Assembly (NCBI GenBank): GCA_964016885.1 | Contig: OZ024742.1 | Location: 304,792,001-304,856,000, forward strand | Direction: 5' to 3' | From: Eledone cirrhosa | Taxonomy: Eukaryota | Length of the DNA: 64,000 bases | In this document: one piece after another, positions 58,223-64,000 of the stretch | Numbering within the stretch: the first letter of the stretch is position 1 | Layout: the number at the start of each line of letters is the position of its first letter | Notes under the pieces: generated by a model | Databases searched by the model: none | What the model was told of the DNA's origin: nothing | Seen by the model: only the letters and a program-made list of their open reading frames with translations | Translations under genes and position numbers: made by a program

Positions 58223-58225
<3 letters not shown>
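57950..58225 (-). mobile_element. Family C cassette: HHR arm (57994-58058, minus strand), 14-bp inversion junction and plus-strand tail
   Basis: Minus strand TATTTTAT-CTGATGA-AAGCGTACCAATGTTGTCTTGGTTGCCCTT-GAAA-TATATA-TA-ATAACATA. Junction is TATCGGTTGGAAAT...ATTTCCAACCGATA. Confidence 0.8.
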
Positions 58226-58303
<78 letters not shown>

Positions 58304-58578
58304 AGAGTGTGTGTGTGAAAGAACTGTTACTAATTTCGAAAACCCGATAGAATGCTCTTAAAAATACATAAATTTGGGACTGGGGCACATGATGACAGAA
58401 GAAATGAAACAAAATTTTAATTTTTACCCAATATATTCTATGATGATATTTCAGTTGTTGATACACTCACTCTATCTGTTCGCTATTGCATGATTACCTA
58501 AAGCCGTTCTCGAAATCATGATCATGTTATTTACAATCAAGCCATCTACACCGCCATCTCCAACGCAACTTTGCTACG

Positions 58579-58634
<56 letters not shown>

Positions 58635-59025
58635 ATGGATATTTCATTTCTAAATCAATGCAATGTTAAGAATATACACACCACACAACACTGCAGACGC
58701 TGTCCCAACATCACCTCCATTTATAGCACGAATTACCTTGCTGTAATTATTTTTTCGCCTATACCTCTCTCGTTCCACATTTACGCATACAAACACCCAC
58801 CGACACATACCTGCTGGCCCATACATATACCTGCAGATACGTACACATACCTGCAGATACATACAGATACCTGCAGAAACAGAGCCACTAAATTGTTTCT
58901 CACTTTTATATGGCTTCTTGTTTCCAATCTGAACGATTAGAAAAAAAACATCACCTTCGTCGTTCTATATTCATTCTTGTCGTAGAAGCCTAAAAATATA
59001 TAATGATAATAAAAAGGCGAAGAAT

Positions 59026-59326
<301 letters not shown>

Positions 59327-60843
59327 AATTGATTTTTTTTCTGTGGGAAAATGAAATGATTGCCCACAACGAAAAACATACCATATTGGCGTTTCTATCT
59401 CGTGTGTGAAATGACTACCAATTACTTTACGTTGTGAGAAATTGGGACAACATTGGGTATACTGTACTTACTACATCGTATTATACACAAAGGTTATATT
59501 CATCGGATTATGCACAAATATATTATTTATGCTGGAAATTCTACTCAAATGTCATTCAACTCTTAATTTCGTCTATAATCCTTACTTCGACCAAATTTCA
59601 ACCAAACTTGTTATGTGTGTAGTGATAGACACAATGAAGAAGAAAAGCATCGTTCCTGAATAGACCAGTAATGAATAAGTCTAACTAATTGAAATTGTTT
59701 CAGTTGTGGCATACTTCTCTGCACTATACTGCAAGGAAGATATCATGTACTTCGTGATATCATTTGCCCAAAAGAAATAAAAATAAAAATAACAAACCAC
59801 AACGACTGCTTTTGCTAAAAAATATGCCGACTGAAATCGAACTCACAATCCCACGATAGTGAGTCTAATTTCCTAAGTACTAAGCAATGCGCCGTCGTGC
59901 ATACTTACATACATAATATGTACATACATACATGATGGCTGCCCCCTAGTTATCATTTATGGCCATTGCATGATATAACTTTATTAATAATTATCAATTA
60001 ATACCATCGTGCAATGGCTGTGCATGAAGATTTTTTTTTAATGTGAGGAAAGGCTGTGCACTGAACCAATCCCACTCTCTGATCGACAGTAGCTATAACC
60101 CAAAAAGAAGAAAAGATCAACATCATCGGAATTATCCCAGTTTCCTGAGTTGCATTCTCCTAGAAGAATGCCCTGACAAACATACATACATACATACAAA
60201 CATACACACATACATAAATACATTCATACATACATACATAGATTTAAGGATGTATATGCAAATTAAAACGTCTCCGTAATGTATCATGATGTTGACTTGT
60301 GAATGTTTGACATAGTCTATTATGTGCCATTGTAACAAGCTAGAGGATGTAGTGGTTATGATACTGATGTTGGTCATCATGATGGTAATGTTATTAGTTG
60401 TAGGGTTAATAATAACTGTGTTGATAGGCGTGGGGAATATAAATATAGGCGTTATATCAATGATTTATCTGCCGTTACTCTATAGTAAATATCGTTAATT
60501 AGGTCTTCTTCCTACATATTTGATGAAGATGCAAAGTCTTCTTGCTTTTAAAATCACTCATGTAATGTCTTCGTGGCGTCAGAAGCCAGAATTCTATCGG
60601 CAGGTGTCGCGAAAGACATTATGGAAAATGTCAGCTGAGTGAGAAGGATTATTATTCATTGCCGACACCAAGAAATGTATTGTTGTATTTTACACTATTT
60701 CTTAGACCATTTGCATGTCCAAGACGACAATGTGTCTTCAAGTAGTCACACAGAAATACAGATACTGCAAGCACACAGGCTCAGTCATAAACACACATGA
60801 ACAAATCTAAACATTCACACACACGCACACGCATGCACGCACG

Positions 60844-60941
<98 letters not shown>

Positions 60942-60971
60942 AGTGTGTATCTGTATGTGAGGAGTGTGTAT

Positions 60972-61228
60972 TGATTGGCAGTATCGGTAGAGGGTCGGAC
61001 GCCATGCTTTCCAGTTACGTCCCTTTACGATCTGAGTTCAAATCCCGCCGAGGTTGACTTTGCCTTTCATCCTTACGGGGTCGATAAAATAAAGTACCAG
61101 TAATGCACTGGGTAATTGCTGCCCTTGTGCCTAAAGTAGAAACAATTATTATTGTTATTATTTACCAGTAATATACTGGGATAATTGCTGGCCTTGTGCC
61201 AAAAGTAGAAACAATTATCATTATTATT
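60972..61228 (+). mobile_element. SINE copy with duplicated 3' end
   Basis: Full copy to ~61150, then a second TACCAGTAAT...AGTAGAAACAATT at 61163-61228. Confidence 0.9.
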
Positions 61229-61474
61229 GATAACTTCATCAATAGATAGTCGAAATGAAATTTTCGTATAATATAATTAGGCGATCTTTAATTTCATTTC
61301 CTTTCTATCGTTAATTCTGTTTAGATATATATAATGACACATTTTAGAACTTTTTTACACTCTAGGTATAACCAACAACCTATAGTTCCAATTCAATCAA
61401 AAACACTTAAATCTATCTTAAAAAAAAAGAAAAATTACAATCATAGCTCAATTTATATGTGATCCCTTTGACTT

Positions 61475-61535
61475 ACTGCATTTCTTGGGGTTATAAGACG
61501 CACTACTGTGTAAGCCGTCCCCTTATTTTCTAGTA
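61475..61535 (+). mobile_element. Degenerate Tc2/pogo-like terminal fragment
   Basis: TACTGCATTTCTTGGGGTTATAAGACGCACTACTGTGTAAGCCG resembles CCGTATTT...TATAAGACGCAC...TAAGCCG ends. Confidence 0.35.
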
Positions 61536-61834
61536 AAAGAAGTTGATTTATTAAATAAAATGTCAACATGGTATTCAGAACAGCGTACTGTTCCTGCACA
61601 CAAAGCTCCAAATTGTTATTTTACGCTGTACTCAACAGCGGTTATTGTATGTTTACAATGGCTTTCACCCATGGGAACCTAGAGTTCATTCATTCTTTCA
61701 TTGGGAGCAATGTAAATATATGTTTCTTTTTATAACATCAATATCGGTATTTTACTAGGTATTAAAATAATAACAAAAACTACGCATTTTAAATACACAG
61801 TCATATATTTATTATCTTTATTATCAATATTAAG

Positions 61835-62050
61835 CCCGGTGGATTAGCAGTATCGGTAGAGCGTCATACAACCTGCTTTGTGACATAGAGTTACGGCCCT
61901 TTACGTTCTGAGTCCCACAGAGTTTAGCTTTGCCTTTCATCCTTACGGGGTCGATAATGTAAAGTAACAGTAATGCACTGAGGTAGACATAATCGTCTTT
62001 CCCCTTTCCACAAATTGCTGGTCTTGTGCCCAAATCAGGAGTTATTATTA
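61835..62050 (+). mobile_element. Diverged SINE copy
   Basis: CGGTGGATTAGCAGTATCGG...GCCTTTCATCCTTACGGGGTCGATAA...TTGCTGGTCTTGTGCCC. Confidence 0.85.
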
Positions 62051-62772
62051 TTCATAGATTCCAAGAAGAGGACACAAGCAGATTTTGGAATCAATTTTTT
62101 TTTCTAAAAATGTGCGTCATTCACGCCGGAAAGAACGGCATTCAACATTTCAGTATGCTCACAGAATTGAATCATCTGTTTATTTAGCTTTAATTGTTCT
62201 GGCGGTCTACACGAAATTTGTTTGCCATAAAATACTTACAAAAGCTCCATATCAAATTCTCACTGAACCGTCCATTCCTGGTTCCGACACACGGAAGTGT
62301 TGTCGGCGTGGTGTTATTAACCAATGACAAAAGTCAAAACACGTCCATTCTAAAAAGATTCGAATGGAAAGTTAGCAAAATATTTACTGCACCTAGGCTT
62401 CGCCATCCATCATCTTAAGCTTTCATTAAGCGACATTATTATATACATTACATGAAGCATACGCGTGAGCACGCGTGCAGACTTGTACCCAAATACACAC
62501 ATACACACAAATCCAGAAAAAATAGGCCCATGCATATGCAAATACAACTACACACACGCACACAGACACACACACACAAACATAGACACACGCCCGCATA
62601 CATGATTAACTTTACTAAGAGATAGGGTAGTTTTCAAATAAGAAATTAAAAATACCTAAAACTTATTCATGAGTAGAAAAAAAAAAGAAGCCTTGTTATT
62701 TCATTGGTACCGTAAAATAAATCTGTCACCAGAGCTAATGTAGCAACGAAGGATTCAGCAATAATTGTAGTC

Positions 62773-62860
<88 letters not shown>

Positions 62861-62884
62861 TACACACACAACAAACACAGATAT

Positions 62885-63538
62885 TTCGACAACGAAAGTT
62901 TTCTGCACCGCTCTCGTCCAGTATCCGTGAATTACTGATTTGTGGAGTTATGTCGAACAGCTGTTGTCGCGTGTAGAACGGATCCGGCTATCGGCCGAGT
63001 CCATAGTGATGATCGACCCGCCGCTATCTTTAGGCCAGGAAGGGCAGGCAATATTCCTCTGCCTGGTGGCAGTAGCGAAAGAGGTTGTTTGGTGGACCAG
63101 GTTGAAAGGACTGAAGACAGACACTTTTCTCTTCGGCTAATCCCTCATCAACTGTTTCGAATTCATTTGGAAAGGAAGGTGAGGGTGGAAAGAGAAGTGC
63201 TGTCCCCCCCCCCTCCCCCAGTACATTTGCTGAAAGGTCGGTGAATGTGGTGAGAATAGCCCGTGTGAGTGAGCAAAATCTGATCATGCGCCTGTAGGCT
63301 GGTGAATTTCAGGGGGAAAAGGGTACCCTTTCCGGGTGCCCTCGAAGCGTCGGGTGGTTTAGGATTGGTGGGGTACCTGAATCAACCCTGGGTGGTTATC
63401 CCCGCTATTGGGGAATTCTCGTTGTTGTATTTTTCTTGTTATTTATATTTTTACACGTTTTATATGTAAATTCCTACTGTCCCTGTCTAGTGTTTCGTTT
63501 CCTATATGTCGGCCGTTGTGGCCAATAAATGAAACCAT

Positions 63539-63540
<2 letters not shown>
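62885..63540 (+). pseudogene. L1/Tx1-clade LINE 3' end (ORF2 C-terminus after zf-RVT, 3'UTR, polyA signal)
   Basis: ALVQYP*ITDLWSYVEQLLSRV...FLCLVAVAKEVVWWTR matches H.L..CP....LW..V...L and L...AK..IW..R. AATAAA at 63524-63529 is followed by (ACT)n. Confidence 0.75.
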
Positions 63541-63770
<230 letters not shown>

Positions 63771-64000
63771 TGGCGGTGTTCGTCGTTGCGCCTAACATCA
63801 CCTTTATCATAATCATTATCGTTAGTGATATTACTGTTATTATCTTGATGGCGGCCATAGTTATAATCAGGAGTTTGGGAATGAGTGTGAAGTGAAGAGA
63901 AGGATGATTATATTATTGGTGTTATGTATACATAGAAAATTACACACACACACACCACACACACATACACACACATAAAATCATGCACACACCCACATAT

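Overview
Animal nuclear DNA that is AT-rich and saturated with (TA)n, (CA)n, (GA)n and (TAG)n microsatellites. The dominant tRNA-derived SINE resembles octopod cephalopod SINEs as I recall them, so the taxon is an inference. I find no convincing host exon; nearly all listed ORFs are microsatellite artefacts. Recognisable retroelement remnants are Penelope-like (PLE) linker and GIY-YIG fragments (1-282, 24000-24323), an RTE APE fragment, an RTE 3' end with a C2H2 finger, a CRE REL-endonuclease 3' end and an L1/Tx1 3' end. There are also mariner and Tc2-type MITEs. The hidden signal is a dense population of short non-coding cassettes between (TA)n tracts that carry type I hammerhead ribozymes (HHRs). 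At least 7 sequence families show covarying stems and mostly palindromic loop III. They come in three architectures: (i) a 1.5-mer direct repeat of a 484-nt monomer with one intact HHR per repeat (retrozyme/circular-RNA-like, 30271-31000); (ii) near-perfect foldback palindromes with ~175-180 bp arms and an outward-reading HHR on each strand (16650, 32796, 36751; shorter arms at 46465); and (iii) an inverted terminal copy still attached to a PLE GIY-YIG coding end (23075-24950), which points to the likely mobilising partner. All motifs and coordinates were read by eye; no search or folding program was run.
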